From contig QPMI01000291.1 in NCBI GenBank assembly GCA_004431415.1, positions 1 to 64,000 of the forward strand: a stretch of DNA of 64,000 bases. The letters are read 5' to 3'. Origin of the DNA: Cyanophora paradoxa CCMP329. Lineage: Eukaryota; Plantae; Glaucophyta. Shown here piece after piece: positions 62,349-64,000 of this stretch (positions within the stretch are counted from its first letter, which is position 1; each line of letters starts with the position of its first letter). A model generated the notes under the pieces. It worked only from the letters and a program-made list of their open reading frames with translations. It ran no database searches and was not told where the DNA came from. A program made the translations under genes and the position numbers.

Positions 62349-63131
62349 ATGCCGCGTCAAGCTACCACCAAACCACGCAAAACCAAACCGAAAGATTACC
62401 TCAGCACGCCAGCAAGTTTGGCAGACGTGGATACACCCACTAAATTTGGAAGAGGCAAAGCAGACAAAGCCAAAGCAGTGTATCACGTTGGTGATATTGA
62501 GCGTGATGTCCACTCTTCGCGAAACGAGTTCATTCAAGGACAGATCAGTGATCGAAACGATGCGAACGCTCTGATTGACGAAGTCCCGCTGAATAAGATG
62601 CCCGGTAACAAGAGAGGACGAAAGAAGGGAACGATCATAAATTCGACAAAGGAACGAATCGCTTCAAAGAAAGTATTACTGAAAGAGCTCGATATCGGCA
62701 ACGTGTATTCGGTGCAGACAGGCGATCGCTACCGCTATTATCTTGCGAAGCCAGGCAAGGGCATATCCAGTCTCACACGAGCCAGTGCGAAAGAATTGGT
62801 GGAAGGCATTGCCAAAGAGACGAAGCTCGAAAACCAAATCATGGAGCAAAAGATCACAAAGGAAAAGGTGGACGAGAAACCAGTGGTTGCATCGGAAGTA
62901 CTTGCTGATCCAATTGCGCCAGCAATCAGTGCCACACCCGATCAGTTAATTGCGAAAACGATCGCACTACAAGACACCAACACCGCCACCAATCTCCCGA
63001 TCGCAAACAAGCACATCCTGAAAATCGCCGCCTCGACAAGCGAGCCGCTTAACTCCATTCCCCGTGTGTCCCAGCCATTTATTAGCGGATTCGCAAAGCT
63101 CGGATTAAAGCCAGGTTACAGGAGGCTCTGA
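62349..63131 (+). CDS. Viral hypothetical protein (260 aa, basic; candidate DNA-binding/core protein)
   Basis: Intact intronless ORF 29 bp after the penton gene, with K/R-rich patches (KPRKTKPK, KRGRKKG). Confidence 0.7.
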   Translation: MPRQATTKPRKTKPKDYLSTPASLADVDTPTKFGRGKADKAKAVYHVGDIERDVHSSRNEFIQGQISDRNDANALIDEVPLNKMPGNKRGRKKGTIINSTKERIASKKVLLKELDIGNVYSVQTGDRYRYYLAKPGKGISSLTRASAKELVEGIAKETKLENQIMEQKITKEKVDEKPVVASEVLADPIAPAISATPDQLIAKTIALQDTNTATNLPIANKHILKIAASTSEPLNSIPRVSQPFISGFAKLGLKPGYRRL

Positions 63132-63447
63132 GCCGACCTTAATATTTTCTCGCCCAATAGTAGCGCTACGTAACAAGAACCTATCTCGTAGTGAGTGCTC
63201 GCGCATTTTATCCTTTTTTCGTAGGATCCATGTGCATTTCGCTTTCAACACCTGTTCTACCGGGTTCATTGGTAGTAACTTGGGCGCCCCCGACAAGTCA
63301 GCCCGCATCGGGCATCGGGGGCAGCGCTTATTTTTGTAGCTTCTACCGGTTGTAGGGGTCAAAAATTGATTACGTTCTGAAAAAAGGTATATCAAAGAAG
63401 AAAATCATTTAAAGATTTCTTGCTATATAGTAGCAGAGGTTGAGAGA

Positions 63448-63702
63448 ATGACGACAAGTGCGGCTCAGAAGCGTGCAAATGCTAATTACCGGGCTACCGG
63501 GAAAGGCAAAATTGCGCTCCAAAAGAACAAGGAGAAAATGCGAAAAAAGGTTTACGAGCTTTATCAATCTGATGATTGCTATCGCTCGATGAAAATCGTT
63601 CAAGCAAGTCACCGTGCGTATTCCAACAATGCGATTTGTTTCGTGAAATTCTTGTTTGGCGTTCCCTATAATAATGTCGGTCGCCCATCTAAGTATATCT
63701 AA
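63448..63702 (+). CDS. Viral hypothetical basic protein (84 aa)
   Basis: MTTSAAQKRANANYRATGKGK...; the ATG follows an AT-rich TATATAGTA segment. Confidence 0.55.
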   Translation: MTTSAAQKRANANYRATGKGKIALQKNKEKMRKKVYELYQSDDCYRSMKIVQASHRAYSNNAICFVKFLFGVPYNNVGRPSKYI

Positions 63703-63908
63703 ATCCTTTTTCTCGGCGCGATTGAAGCTGAGGAAACGAATGCGCAACCGCGCTAAATAAAAATTGCTTTCGTGTTATTTTTCGAGCTTGTTTATCGAGC
63801 CAACCCTTTTGTTATTTTTGTGAAATTTCCGTCGGGCAAAAAATGACGCAGAACTGAAAAAATGATTTAAGGATAATTTTCTTTGGATATATATAAGAAC
63901 GCAACGAG

Positions 63909-64000
63909 ATGCCTCGCCCTTCCAACCGGTTGATCAGAAAGCTTAATGAAGACACTATTGGTTACACTACTATGAGTCTTGTTCATGGATTGATGACAAC
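63909..64000 (+). CDS. Start of a further viral ORF, truncated by the window end
   Basis: ATG after a TATATATAA box; open to the end (MPRPSNRLIRKLNEDTIGYTTMSLVHGLMT). Confidence 0.45.
   Translation, partial: MPRPSNRLIRKLNEDTIGYTTMSLVHGLMT

Larger units (their letters stand above)
58021..64000. mobile_element. Endogenous Polinton-like / small NCLDV-related DNA virus (left part; continues past the window end)
   Basis: Abrupt drop in GC at about 58020-58050; compact intronless ORFs; ATPase + MCP + penton morphogenesis module; repeat-rich, mostly non-coding terminus. The left boundary is approximate. Confidence 0.92.

Overview
This is GC-rich, intron-dense eukaryotic nuclear DNA from a plastid-bearing protist. 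Two N-terminal extensions carrying a near-terminal Phe (MAFV..., MSSGSAF...) suggest a glaucophyte such as Cyanophora; this is inference. Most six-frame ORFs are GC artefacts, and the real genes are split by many short introns, several with GC-AG ends. Host genes: a Ski2/ISE2-like RNA helicase, a SKIP31-like F-box protein, a P-loop NTPase, three large cell-surface proteins (one with a Ser-Pro stalk, one a giant kelch/FN3 protein), an epiplastin/articulin-like protein, transportin-1, a carnosine N-methyltransferase, a coiled-coil protein, a choline-transporter-like protein and a plastid formate/nitrite transporter. Two accessory elements stand out. (1) From about 58.02 kb to the window end lies an AT-richer, intronless endogenous DNA virus (Polinton-like, with an NCLDV-like capsid). 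It has an intact A32 packaging ATPase, a double-jelly-roll major capsid protein, a penton and a repeat-rich terminus. (2) At 16.46-19.58 kb there is a non-autonomous Helitron-like element (5'-TC ... hairpin-CTTG-3') carrying a 149-bp satellite. It abuts an inverted, circularly permuted second copy that contains a head-to-tail CTTG|TC junction. Multi-exon gene coordinates are approximate spans read by eye.
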